A stretch of DNA of 64,000 nucleotides from positions 23,560,001-23,624,000 of the forward strand of contig OZ024749.1 of the NCBI GenBank assembly GCA_964016885.1, written 5' to 3'. Both the position numbers and the translations under genes were made by a program. The DNA is from Eledone cirrhosa (Eukaryota). The notes beneath the pieces are model-generated. The model ran no database searches and had not been told where the DNA came from. It saw only the letters and a program-made list of their open reading frames with translations. This document shows, piece after piece, positions 14,554-27,733 of the stretch; position 1 is the stretch's first letter; each line of letters begins with the position of its first letter.

Positions 14554-17500
14554 ATAAGTGAAGAAGACGCACGAGGTGGCGGAGGTCATGAAATCGCTCC
14601 CGTAAGTTTTGAATTTTTAACATATTTAAATCATTTGTGAAATAACAACTCTTAGTACAAATGCTACGTAAAGCACCCGGCTTGAGCCCCAAAAAATTCG
14701 GACCCAAAATATATTGTTATAAGGCTCAACTATTCCAATATTCAACTTTGTATTGTACACTGTATATCCAAAAAAGAAAATGGCTATAAATGGAAGAAGA
14801 CCCCCCCCCCCCTCCTCTCCTCTGTCTACACTATATAGAACAGCCAAACTCACCAACACCAGAAACTAGATACACCACCCACCTCATCACCTGTGTACAC
14901 TAAACACAACAGCCAGATAACGGCAATTTCACCACCACCGCTCACTACTGCCATCATTACCACCACTATCCCATCACCGCCGCCACCACTCTTCACCCCT
15001 TCACTGACCACCACTGCCTCGGTATCGACATCACCACCACCACTGTCTCAGTATCGCTACCGCCGCCAGTCCTCCACCACACACAGCTGGCTGCTGCCAC
15101 CACATTATAGAATTCCTACTACTAAAAAGGAGGAAGGCATCAAAATATATAGATAGACTCAAAAGAAAAAAGAAAAAACAAACAGCAAAACCAAAGCAGC
15201 ACAGCAACAACAGCAAAAAACGAGAAAAACAAACAGAGAAAAACAAAAACAAAAAAAAACAAAAAACGTAAAGAAAATAAGAATGAAGAGAGAAGCAGGC
15301 GGACGGACAGAGAAGAGGGGGGAAACACTAAAACTAAAAAAACAAAAACTAAGTCAGACATTCGAACACTACATTACAATGAAACTTATGCTTATTCATT
15401 TTTGGGGCCCTTTCTGCCTGTGTGTTTGTTTGATTATGTGTGTTCGTATACAGCGTGGTGATAATGCCACACAAGGGCCAAGTGGAACGGCTATGTAACC
15501 ATACATTCGCCATTCCTCGATAAGAGTGTTTAAATATCGAACATAAACAGTTCGAATAACGGTGAAATGGAGACTAGAACGTCATGTGACAGACTCTCAC
15601 CCAACAGGTGCCCCCTGGCTCAGCAGCAGGAACCTGACTGTCAACCAAATACTGCTGATGTTGGAGGAAGAAGAAGAAGGAAAGGGGCCAGAACCAACTG
15701 GACGAAAGAATTGAATAGAACTGTTATGCAATGTTACCTGAAAAGTAACCCCAAGGAGAGGGGCTACAGGAGACGGATGCATAACATCTGGAACGAGATT
15801 GGTCTATTTAAATTAGATGAACAAAAATTGGCCGGGCAGGCTCAGGTAAAAAGAACTAATGGGTGGATAAGCGAGCTGGAACTGGAGGAACTGAGCAGAG
15901 AGAATGGCTTGGAGATGGCGGGTGTAGTATGCCAGACATGCGAGCCAGTGGGAAATGAAGGTGAAGAGGTCCTGAGAACGGAGGAACCACCCGAAGCAGA
16001 CAATGATCTGAATACTGAGATAAATAATACCTGGAACAGAGATACGGACGCTGAGGAGATGAATGCTGACGGGCTAGGACAAGATTCGGTTGACAACCTA
16101 AATTTAGTGGTAGATGAATTGAACAATGATAGTGGGAGACCTATGAACCTAAGATTTGTAGACAGGAAAAAGTTAAAAGAAACAACAGCTAAGGTAAACA
16201 AAGTCATCCCATACCTTGAGGCGAGGAGCCTTCACCAGTGCAACAATATCCTCAAAGCAATAGCAAATACGGTGAGGAAACTACTTGGTATAAAAGCGAG
16301 AGGAAACAACAGACAAGAAAAAGCAGAGCCGTGGTGGAAGAAACGACTGAGTGGTCAAATCGGGGAAATGAGAAATGACATAGGAAAGCTTGAGTCACTA
16401 CTGAATGGGACACTAAAAAACATAGGCACTAAAAATAGACTGGAAATAAAGTACAAAACTAGGAGGAAAAAGCTAAATATTATCATAGAGGAACTGAAGC
16501 AACGCATTGTAGCAAAGAGTGCAAAAATCAGGCGATACGAGAACAGAGTCAGTCAGTATAAACAGAACCGCATGTTCGACAACAACCAGAAGATGCTGTT
16601 TGGACAGCTTGAGGGGAAAGAAAGAGGCAACGACTTGATCCCTGGGGCGGAGCAAACTAAAACATTCTGGAGAGGAATATGAGAGCAGGATGTTAGACAT
16701 AATGTCCAGGCAGGGTGGATTGAGACAGTACAGAGGGAGATCGGTGAGCAGGCACACCAACAAACTGATTTGAGTATCACAGTTGAAACTCTTAAGGGGC
16801 AGGCCAAAAAACTAACCAACTGGAAATCACCAGGCCCAGATGGTGTGCAGGGGTATTGGATTAAAAATTTAACATCCCTCCACCCGAAGCTGACGGCCAT
16901 GTTCAATGACTGCTTGGTATCGGGTGAGGTGCCAGAGCGGTTGACAAAAGGTACCACAGTTCTGATAATGAAAGACCGAATCAAGGGTAATGATGTTACC
17001 AACTATAGACCTATCACATGTCTGTCCGTAATGTGGAAACTGTTGACGAACATTGTGTCTGAGGAAATCTACCATCACCTCCACACAAACAACTTGTTAC
17101 CGGACGAACAGAAAGGATGCCGAAAGAAGTCACGTGGAACAAAGGACCAGTTACTTATTGATAAGATGGTAATGGGGAATTGCAGGAGACACACTGATCT
17201 TGCCATGGGATGGATAGACTACAGAAAGGCATTTGACATGGTGCCTCATTCTTGGATCACCAAAAGCCTGGAGATCTTCAGGGTGGCAGATAACATCAGA
17301 CAGTTGCTGGGCAGGAGTATGGGGTCCTGGGAGACAGAGTTGACATCAACTGGAGTATCCTTGGGAAGCGTGAAGATCAAGAGAGGTATCTTCCAGGGAG
17401 ATAGCCTGTCCCCTCTGTTGTTTGTCCTTGCCCTGATGCCCTTGACAATTATGCTGCGAAAGGTGAGAGCAGGATACAAGTTGGGAAAGGGAGAGCTTAC

Positions 17501-19030
17501 CATCAATCACCTCCTCTTCATGGACGATCTTAAGCTCTTCGGGAAAAGTGAGGAGTTGGATGTGCTTGTTGACACTGTCCGTATTTTCAGCGGTGATATA
17601 TGTATGCAGTTTGGTATTAGTAAATGTGGAGTCATTGTGATGAGGAGGGGTTGGTTGAGCAGAAGTAACGGGATCCAGATACCAACAGGTGAGATGATAA
17701 AGGAAATTGACTCTGAGGAAGGATACAAGTATTTGGGCGTTCTGGAGGCTGATGGCATAAAGAACAAAAAAATGAAGGAATTGTTAAGAACTGAATACAT
17801 TCGGAGAGTAAGGAGCGTATTGAAGTCACATCTGAACAGCAGAAATGCCATAAGCGCAGTAAATTCCCGAGCTGTGTCTATTATTAGGTACAGTGCGGGA
17901 ATTCTGAGATGGAATGTTGCTGAACAAAAAGAAATGGATAGGAAGACTAGGAAGCTATTGACTATCTACAACATGTTCCACAAGAGGAGTGATGTCGATA
18001 GACTCTACCTAAGGAGATCTGAGGGTGGAAGATGTCTTATCAGCATAGAGGACTGTGTTCAGATGGAGAAAAACAACCTACACAAATACGTGACCTATAG
18101 TAAGGAGCTAATGCTCAGAACTGTACTGAAGGAGGGGTAGGTAGGCCAGGGGATGTCCAAGGAGGAAATAACATCAAGGAGGAAGAGCAGCCTTAAGGGA
18201 AAATCCCTTCATTGTACCTTCTTTGAGAAAACTGAATTTAGAGATCCACAGACATGGAACTGGTTGAGAAGAGGAGACCTCAAAAAGGCTGCAGAAGGAA
18301 TGCTAATGGCTGCGCAGGAGCAGGCCCTCAAAACGAAGTGGTTGAAGCACCATATTTACAAGGAGGAGGCTAGCCCACTGTGCAGGATCTGTGGAGAGAG
18401 AGAGGAGACTGTGGCTCACATTGTGTCCGAGTGTAAACACCTAGCCCAGACCCACTATAAGGGCTGGAGACACGATGTGATTGGCAGGGTGATCCACTGG
18501 CACCTGTGCAAAGTAAACAATTTACCACATTCTGAGAAATGGTATGAGCATAGGCCAGAGGCGGTGATGGAGAACAATCAGGTGAAGGTGCTGTGGGATT
18601 TTAGGATACAGACGGACAAAAAACTGGAACACAATAGACCTGACCTGGTGGTTGTGGACAAAGAAAAAAGATCGTGTCTGATTGTGGATGTGGCCTGCCC
18701 TTTCGACACGAGAGTGCAAGAGAAGGACAGGGAGAAAATTAACCGATACCAGGATCTAAAGTGGGAGGTGAAAAGGATTTGGAACTGCCATGAAGTCAAA
18801 GTGATCCCGATTGTCATAGGCGCACTGGGGACTATCTCCAAAAGTTTCCAGGGATGGTTAAAGAAAATCGGCCCCTTCACGCTTTTTGGAACGCTTCAAA
18901 AGGCATGCTTGCTGGGAACAGCAAGAACACTCCGATACGTCCTGAATATCTGAGGCTGCAGGTAGTGGCTTGATATTCATACCAACGGACTTTCCAGTTA
19001 ACCAACATCAATGACTGAGATTCAAGGAAT
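14554..19030 (+). mobile_element. R4/Dong-clade retrotransposon copy 3 (full length), followed by (TAA)n to ~19110
   Basis: Collinear with copy 2 across leader, ORF and 3' UTR. Confidence 0.9.
15567..18953 (+). pseudogene. Dong polyprotein pseudogene with two in-frame stops
   Basis: ORFs 15567-16682, 16770-18140 and 18153-18953 share one frame; TGG>TGA at 16680-16682 and ACA>TAG at 18138-18140 relative to copy 2. Confidence 0.93.
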
Positions 19031-19036
19031 AACAAC

Positions 19037-19111
<75 letters not shown>

Positions 19112-19451
19112 CAAAATAATAATAATATAATAATAATATTGATAATATATTGACAGTATTATAAGAGATTTATCCCAATTTTTAAAGTAATTGACTTATA
19201 GACGTGTTTAAACGTACTTCGGCTCCAAGCTAAATTTTTCTATTTTCGCTCTCTCAGACGTAGTTTAACAGAAATGACTATGGCAGCGTTGCGTACGGTA
19301 AAATATCGCCCCACTAGCCCACTAGCCAACGGCATAATGCCGCCACAATGGAGTTTAAATATGCATATAAGCCTATATTTACAGTTATACATATGTACAT
19401 ACATATATTTACAAATACAGATGTATATGAACATAAATGTAAATAAACCTT

Positions 19452-19594
<143 letters not shown>

Positions 19595-19641
19595 GGCCAT
19601 ATATATGCATATATGGACATATATTATATATATATATATAT

Positions 19642-19764
19642 AACGAAGGAAATGTGGTAAGGAACCAGCTGGACCATAACGCACCAAAGTACTCAATACT
19701 TAGGGTAGTAGAGTGGGTAATAGGAACGAGTAGGACCCCGACGGCTGAGCTCAAGCCATTTCGA
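19642..19764 (-). mobile_element. PLE pLTR-type fragment with the 3' half of a hammerhead (family C)
   Basis: Matches 20476-20610 and 48718-48815; minus strand GAAA-(T/C)GGCT(TGAGCTC)AGCCG-TC-GGGG. Confidence 0.65.
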
Positions 19765-19811
19765 TATATATATATATATATTTATGGAATATATATATAT
19801 ATATATTTATA

Positions 19812-19945
<134 letters not shown>

Positions 19946-20420
19946 GAGAGAGAGAGATAGAGAGAGAGAGAGCGAGAGATGTATATATATATATCAGTAT
20001 ATATTGCCATGCTGAAAGCACTTTTGAAGAGGGAAGGGAAATGTTGATGGAGACGTTGTTGTCTTGTCATGTCTATGGACTTAAAACTATCCGATCTCGC
20101 TTTCTGATTTATTCATTTTCTTGTTTAGTAGAATGTCTTATTAGCTTTGTTTTCGCTTCCGTTTATCGACATATTTCTTGGTCTAAATATATTTATACAT
20201 ATACTTATTTGTTAACGTATACGTCTGCTCACACACATACACAATACATATATATATACATATATATATGTAAGTATAAGAGCACACACTCACAGTCAGA
20301 GAAATACATACATACATATATGTATATGTGCGTGCGTCTGTGTGTGTGTGTGTGCACCTATATATATATATATAGAGAGAGAGAGAGATAAGTATAGATA
20401 TATGTGTATATATGTTTATA

Positions 20421-20475
<55 letters not shown>

Positions 20476-20477
<2 letters not shown>

Positions 20478-20672
20478 GAGGAAATGTGGTAAGGAACCAG
20501 GTGGACAGTAACGAACCAAAGTACTCAATACTTAGAGTAGTAGAGTGGGTAATTGGAACGTGTAGGACCCCGACGGCTGAGCTCAAGCCGTTTCGACGGC
20601 TAATTCTAGACTGGTCCAGAATTAGCCGTCGAAACGGCTTCAGCCCAGCTGTCGGGGTCCTACTCGTTCCTA
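20476..20672. mobile_element. Family C fragment folded back at hammerhead stem II
   Basis: Inverted arms ~20552-20607 / 20618-20673, each ending in GAAA-CGGCT...AGC(C/T)G-TC-GGGG. Confidence 0.7.
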
Positions 20673-20716
20673 TATATATATATAAATATATATACTTATA
20701 TATGTACATATATATA

Positions 20717-20833
<117 letters not shown>

Positions 20834-20834
20834 A

Positions 20835-21533
20835 ATAATGGAGCTGCGGCGCTGCAAATGGGTTACATATGAAAAAGTTTGTCCTCATCAGTGGCCATCC
20901 AACCGTCGTAAGCATTTCCTCGCATTAAAGGCCATATACCTCAGGTTGGTGCGAGCAACGGCTAAAAATAAGTCGTTGGGACACGTAAATAATGGGGACG
21001 CTAGGGTAGACGAACAAAATGGTTTAAGCAGCAGAAAGTGATGAAGAAGGAAACAAGTCCCAGATTTCTATGAATATAAATTCGGTGGAATCGTGAACGA
21101 GAGAATAAAGACCATCAAACCCGGTTGAAATGTGAGCCAGGAAGGAATTTCGCACAGGACTAACGGGAGGAAGAAGGGGTCTGGTCTGCGAATTCGGTAA
21201 ACATAAGTTCTGTGAAGTCGCAGACGAGAGAGAGAGAGAAAAGAAATTCATACCGGCTTGGACAAGTGCCCGCGAGAAAAGGATTATGGACAGGTCAAAC
21301 GGGAAGAAAGGGGAGAAGGAGAGGTAGCAACAGAGAGTGAGTGAGTGAAAGGTGAGGAAGAGAATAACAGAGAGAGAAACTGCTAGAAAGGGTAAAGACA
21401 CAAAGAACGAAACAGACTGGTGGCAACGGAGGAAAAAATATATGTGTAAATATCATAATACTGGAGCTGCGGCGCTGCAAATGGGTTACATATGAAAAAG
21501 TTTGTCCTCATCAGTGGCCATCCAACCGTCGTA

Positions 21534-21538
<5 letters not shown>
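20835..21538 (-). mobile_element. Terminally redundant non-coding unit (623-nt period) carrying the scrambled hammerhead-like motif
   Basis: 20839-20915 ~ 21462-21538; pyrimidine-rich minus strand; flanked by (TA)n; no credible ORF. Confidence 0.7.
20881..20982 (-). ncRNA. Putative scrambled-order (pseudoknotted) hammerhead-like RNA, copy A
   Basis: Minus strand GTCC-CAACGACT/AGCCGTTG-CTCGCA-CCAACC-TG-AGGTAT-A-TGGCC-TTTAA-TGCGAG-GAA-ATGCTT-ACGAC-GGTTGG-AT-GGCCA-CTGATGA-GGAC. Confidence 0.65.
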
Positions 21539-21787
<249 letters not shown>

Positions 21788-22594
21788 TTTTAAGTGAAAG
21801 TCTGCAACGGCAAAATGTTTAACGGGGCAGAAACGATATCACCATAGATTAAGTCCGTATTACTAATGGGACTCCTTCCTATGATGATATTGTTTTTATT
21901 ATTGCTATTATTTTGTCTTTCATAATTGTGATACGTAGTTTCTGATGTCGAAAACTTCTTTTTCTGACTACTGCTGCTTAAGAGTGTCTCATAGCAACAA
22001 TATATTTCTTCGTGGCATTTCTTTTACCAATTTACGCCATGATATCAGAAACTGCGAAGATCAACGCCGCCTATTATCTTTTCTGAGTAGCTAAATTATA
22101 TTACCAGTCAAATACTTGGGTCTAAGTTATCCATTTCTTCTTCCCTTCCCCCCATCATCCTCCAACACCTCTAATTCATGGCCTTGTACCAACCTTAGAA
22201 ACCGTTATCATTGTTTGACGCAACTTGACCGTTCATCCTCTCGGGGTTGATAAAATGACGCACCATTAAAATTACTACCCATCTCTTTTAATGTTTTACC
22301 TGTTCCAGCCATCTTACTGAAACCATGCCCATTATGCATAAATTAAACGGCATTGTAGTTGTTTTGTTGTTGTACTGATGTTTGTTGTGTTGTTTTTGTT
22401 GGTGTCACGGTTACTGTTCTCGTTGTTATAATTTCGTCTTTCCTGTTTCGTTTTTTTACATTTTTTTGGTTCTATTTTTAAATTTTATGAGATACATGCC
22501 TGTCTTACGGTTTATCTCCTGCTATTCTTAATCTTCACTATATTCTTATGACTTCAGGAAAAGATTCGAAAGTAAATTTGCTGCAATATATACT

Positions 22595-22925
22595 TTAATG
22601 CTTAGTAGTTAAGAAATTGGATTTGCAATTGTGAAGCTGAGAGTTCGATTCCCGGTCTGGAGCGGGCGCATCGTTATGTCCTTGAGCCAGAAAGCTTATT
22701 TATTTCACATCACCCTTTCTGCCAGGATTTTCAGATAGTATAAGCAATGGAAAGACCAATAAAACATCGATTCCTTGGTCCGATATAAAGGAAACTCTGT
22801 TTCATATTCTACATAAAGACACGTGGCTTACTGGTTAGGGAACTGGATTTGCAATCGTGGGGTTACTCTTTCTGCCAGGATTTGCAACCTGTATATAGCA
22901 TAAGCAATGAAAAGACCATCCAATT
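22595..22925 (+). mobile_element. Two degenerate tRNA-derived SINE copies (family S2)
   Basis: GTGGCTTA.TGGTTA A-box-like and GAGTTCGATTCC B-box; related to 54830-55605. Confidence 0.55.
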
Positions 22926-23339
22926 TGATGAGTTCAAACCCACTCGGTAAGTGAATGGGATCTGGGATTTTGTCGAACAATTCCATCATTATCTACGAGA
23001 CCATGCTATTCTATACATACCGGCGCCGTTGCATTTATCGAGAATTCTTCGTTTTGTTTAAGACAAAAGTGTGTGATGTAAGAGATAATTCTATTTCTAG
23101 CAACGCAAATGTCAGCGTTGTATTTCACATGTTAGTTGTACAGTTCTTTCTTTTTAGAAGATAATACAGTGTGATTTAAAGGCAACTTAACTGCTAGTAT
23201 AACGAAAGTAAAGACTGCATGGATGGGCATTTTGTTGGTTCTTATTTCGATTTGTAAAGTGAGAGGGTTGGTTTTGATTGAGATTTATCTTCTAACAATA
23301 TCGTATCAAGAAACGCACAGCTTAATGGCGCCTGAAATA

Positions 23340-23553
23340 CGAGTGTCGGCTGATAAGTTCATAAACTGAAAAGTTCCTTGACTGACCAAGTTATTCTCAT
23401 GGAATTACCAAATCAGGTTTATTTTTCGACATAGACCTTTGAAAAACACAATGCAGTTATTAATAAGAAGATTTGAAAGTAATACCTGCAAGACTTCACT
23501 GATCTAGCATCACTGCTTCATAGTCAGCTTTTGAACTTGTCAGCCGACATTCG
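23340..23553. mobile_element. Tc1/mariner-type MITE
   Basis: TIRs CGAGTGTCGGCTGATAAGTTCA / TGAACTTGTCAGCCGACATTCG, with TA on both sides. Confidence 0.8.
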
Positions 23554-24126
23554 TAGTAGTATTATGTTTGACAAAATTATGAGGGATTCGAGTACTAATG
23601 ATCGCAAATCAATCAACTATACAGAATATGTATGTATGTGTGGGCAGATCATATTGCTGTTGTATGTGTTTCGTTGAAAATCGGCTGCTATTTCTATCGA
23701 AGTGAGATACAGAAGATAAATATTTCCTATTACGATATTATGTAATTTTAAAGGCATCATAAATTCTAATGGATTCTTAGTGTTGCCGTTGTATAGACAC
23801 CATGTGTCTTGTCTATTTTAAACTTGGGGGAAACCATATCTTTGCAGGTCAGAGTAGATCACATATCTTTCAGTGAATGAGAGAGAATGAGCGAGAGAGC
23901 GGGGAGAAAGAAAGACAGAAAAAGATAGAGAAAGATAGATAGAGAACGAAAGAAATGATATACACCAGTACTGTACTGTTAAAGTGTTTATAGACCTCCA
24001 AACGACAAAAGACAAAGATCACCTCGACGTGGTTCAAAGTCAGAGCGAATTGAGCCGAAACAAGAAGCGAGGTGTATCTAATCTGACGCCCTGACGACTT
24101 AATTATTTATAACCTTTGGTAAAATG

Positions 24127-24390
24127 TCTAGTCTAAACTCTGGCCAGAAGGCTCTTTAGGACGGTGCTTATCCTGGTTTCATGGCGTGAAGCGAATGAGA
24201 GTACAATACTTCCCCCTGGACAGGACGCCAGTCCATCGCAGGGTTAAGCACGCAACTATTGTTGGTACACATTTTCAGCTGAGTATATTGGAGCAAAGTT
24301 AAATTAAGTGTTTTATCAAGAACACAACACACAACCCAGGAATCGAATTCACGACATTATGATCATAAATCCAAGGCCACGTGCCTCCAC
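24127..24390 (-). mobile_element. tRNA-derived SINE with conserved central domain
   Basis: Minus strand: tRNA-like head (TTCGATTCCTGG B-box) and a TGCGATGGACTGGCGTCCTGTCCAGGGG block resembling shared SINE central domains. Confidence 0.6.
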
Positions 24391-24416
24391 TCGGTAAAAT
24401 GACAGAACAGTAATAA

Positions 24417-24600
24417 GTGTTTCTACTTTTGGCACAAGACCAGCAATTACTCAGTATATTACTGGTACTTTATTTTATCGACCCCGTAAGGATGAAAGGC
24501 AAAGTTTACCTCGACGGGATTTGAACTCAGACCGTAAAGGGACGTAACTATGCTAGAAAGCATGGCGTCCAACCCTCTACCTATACTGGTAACTCACCGA
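24417..24600 (-). mobile_element. tRNA-derived SINE (family S1)
   Basis: Homologous to 897-1085. Confidence 0.8.
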
Positions 24601-26134
24601 CAGAACAGTAATTATATCAGAGAGATATTTCGACTACTATTTCTAAGAAGTAAGGCAACTCTAGAGAACGTATGTGTTTATGGGCGTACGTGTGTGTTTG
24701 GTGTGTTAGCGTGTTTGTGTGTTTGGGTGTTTGTGTGTTTGTGAGGGTGAGTTTACGGAATTCTTATTGGTAGTGTGCCTGCTTCATTGAGAGATTTCCA
24801 CAGGCGTTGGTTAAATATAGTTGATTGGAAATATTACTTCATTGGTTTCTACGTTGAGAATGGACATTTATCTTTGTTTAGATTCCTGAGATTTATCTCG
24901 GCAAAAGAAGATCTCCCAAACCACACCAAAATAAACCAAAATATAAATAACGCAAAAAGAAAAAAACAGCCAATAAAATTTATTTTATCTCAGATGCTAC
25001 TCATCGACCTAGCAATTTCAATAGAAATTTGTCTTCTATCTGATTTTCGGGTGACAGTAGAAAATACATTCGAGAAAGAAGCCCTAGAAACATAGGTGAT
25101 TCGTAATTTCCTCATTGTCAGAAATGCTTCATAAATGGTTCTTCATAGAAGAAACTGTTCAACAGAGAGAAACCATATCTGTTTATATTGCAGCATCTTA
25201 ACGTTGTGGATGATGCTGAAGGAGATTGGGATAATAATATCGGACCTACAGACCAAAACGAAACTTAAGTTAGTGATTTCGCCTCTCACGCGCCATTAAG
25301 GCGTTAGTTTGCGTAATTACTCACAAAACAATTTCATTTCTGTAGTCCATCTCAGCTCTGTGGATTGCTTGGAACCTTTACGTTTCGAGTTCAAATTCCG
25401 CTGAGGTCAAATTTGGTTGTCATTCTTCCAATACTGATAGCATAAAAAACGAATAGGCGTATATGATTGACTCTCTCTCTATCTATATATATATATATAT
25501 ATCCTCTCTCCCTCCCTCCTTTCCCTCTCCTCCCCCTCGCTCTCCTATCTCCCTCCTCTCTATCTCTACCCTATCATTCTCTCTCTCTCCGCCCTTTCAC
25601 TCTCTTTCTCTCGCCCCTCTCTCTCTCTCTCCGCCCTTTCACTCTCTTTCTCTCGCCCCTCTCTCTCTCTCTCTCTCTCACACATACACACACATATCAT
25701 GTAAGTTATGTTTTTAAGGATTTATTAATTTGTTCTCAAACTACTAGCTTTCCTTACCAGAGACATAACACAACTGGTACTACTATCCATTGGCTTCTGA
25801 GCAAAAGAATGTAATTTCCTCATTATTAATAACAAATTTTATTGAGTCTATATCTTGCATATATATTTTAAAAAATCTGCTATTTTCAGGTGTCACTGTT
25901 AGGGACCACATTTCTAGTCCTTCTAGCCAGTAAAGGCACCAGAAGTTATGGCACTATATTGGCGTTAGCATCATAGCTATACCAATGAGGGTTTCATTTG
26001 GTTATTTTCATATAGTATAACTGATGGACGAGTTTGAGCCCTTGGCGTTTGCAAGTTCTCTGAGATCAGAGAGATTCACACCGTTCGTGTTTCATCTAAA
26101 ATGTTGCAGGTTTGTTCACTACCCTACTACTAGA

Positions 26135-26199
26135 ACAACAACAACAAAAACAACTGCTGCTACTACTACTACTACTACTAATGCTACTACCACTACTAT

Positions 26200-26235
<36 letters not shown>

Positions 26236-26256
26236 AAAAGCTAGCAACATCTGACT
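26135..26256. repeat. (ACA)n/(CTA)n microsatellite
   Basis: Direct reading. Confidence 0.9.
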
Positions 26257-26562
26257 TTGAAAAAAATATATGTCGGCCTTTCACGCATATTTGTCGTACG
26301 TAAAATGAGATTAAGATTTGCTAGCCATTACCATCGTGCCAACCATATATTAATAAATGGAAACTATATTTATAGACTATATTTATAAACTATGTTTATA
26401 AATATAGTTTCCATTTATTAATATCATTGATATTATACTCCAGAAAACCTGCCGGAATATAATACTATTCGATTCGTTTGCAATTAATGCAAACAAACTC
26501 TTTAAAGACATATCTGTAGATTGACCAGGACATTCTAGCTCTTGTGTTGGCATGTAAAAAAA

Positions 26563-26609
26563 ACTGCAGACAATAACATTTCTGGGTGACTACCCTTCAT
26601 CAGTACAGT
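26563..26609 (-). ncRNA. Type I hammerhead ribozyme motif
   Basis: ACTGTA-CTGATGA-A.GGGT(AGTC)ACCC.A-GAAA-TGTTATTG-TC-TGCAGT; GUC triplet. Confidence 0.7.
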
Positions 26610-26762
26610 ATACTGCTTACCTGCGAAGTGTCAGAGAGAGTGAAAATATATATTTACTGAAATATACATTGACTGATCAGCCTGTATATGTTTGTTAATA
26701 TACTTGTTAACAAAATATATTTGTTAATAAAACTATTTTTTAACACACACACACACACACAT

Positions 26763-26827
<65 letters not shown>

Positions 26828-26839
26828 TATATATATAGG

Positions 26840-27410
26840 TAAGTTCTTGCGGGTTGAATCGGAGGTAACCACAGTAAATAAGGTACTCGATACATAGCAG
26901 AGTATAAATGTTTTAATATAGATGAGATTCTACAGGACTAGAACTGTTTCATTCTTTAGAAATCATCAGGAATCTGGGTATCAAAAACTAAGTATGGTAT
27001 TTATAGGTCTCTTCAAGTGATAGGAGAGGGTAGGGAGTGGGATGGGTGTAGGTCATTGGTTGATAGAAAAGGGAATTCATTAAAAGCTAATTCTTCAAAG
27101 CTATAGTTTATTTTTAGAGTAACAAAGGCAGAAAGAATTCTATAAACAGGTTCAGAATGGAGTGCCACTCCTTATATTTTAGTTTCGCTTAAGTTAACAA
27201 TGCCTATATTTCAGGTGTCTATAAAAAGGTTGGTAGTTGGTCATGGTTGATGGATTTAAAGAAAAGGGAAATTCTTTAAAAGCTAATTCTTTAAAGCTCT
27301 ACTTAGGGTGACAAAGGCCAAGAGAATTCTATAAACCAGTTCAATATATTGGGTGCCTATCATATCATTATTGTCATATTTCTCTTAAGCTATATTCCAG
27401 GTATCAACAG
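26840..27410 (-). mobile_element. Family B pLTR-like element with hammerhead at 26925-26975 and internal subrepeats
   Basis: Reverse complement of 1-368; HHR core intact. Confidence 0.75.
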
Positions 27411-27446
27411 ACACATTCACATATACACACATATATATATATATAC

Positions 27447-27537
<91 letters not shown>

Positions 27538-27733
27538 AAGATATACATGCATATATACATATATACACATATATACACACACACACACACACATATATAT
27601 ATACATATATACACACACACACTTACATATATATACATACATATATATATATATACATATATATATACACACATATACACATACATACACACACATACAC
27701 ACACACACATATATATATATATATACACATATA

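Noticed and set aside
20942-20956. LTR end plus primer-binding site (CA-GGT-TGGTGCGAG)
   Set aside because: No TG..CA LTR pair or polypurine tract, the direct repeats do not end here, and these bases are explained by conserved pairings.
22045-22090. Minus-strand EKIIGG resembling a serine protease activation site
   Set aside because: Frame stops six codons later with no donor site or other protease motifs.
24775-25095. 106-aa plus-strand ORF
   Set aside because: GTG start, no recognisable domain, no supporting exon structure.
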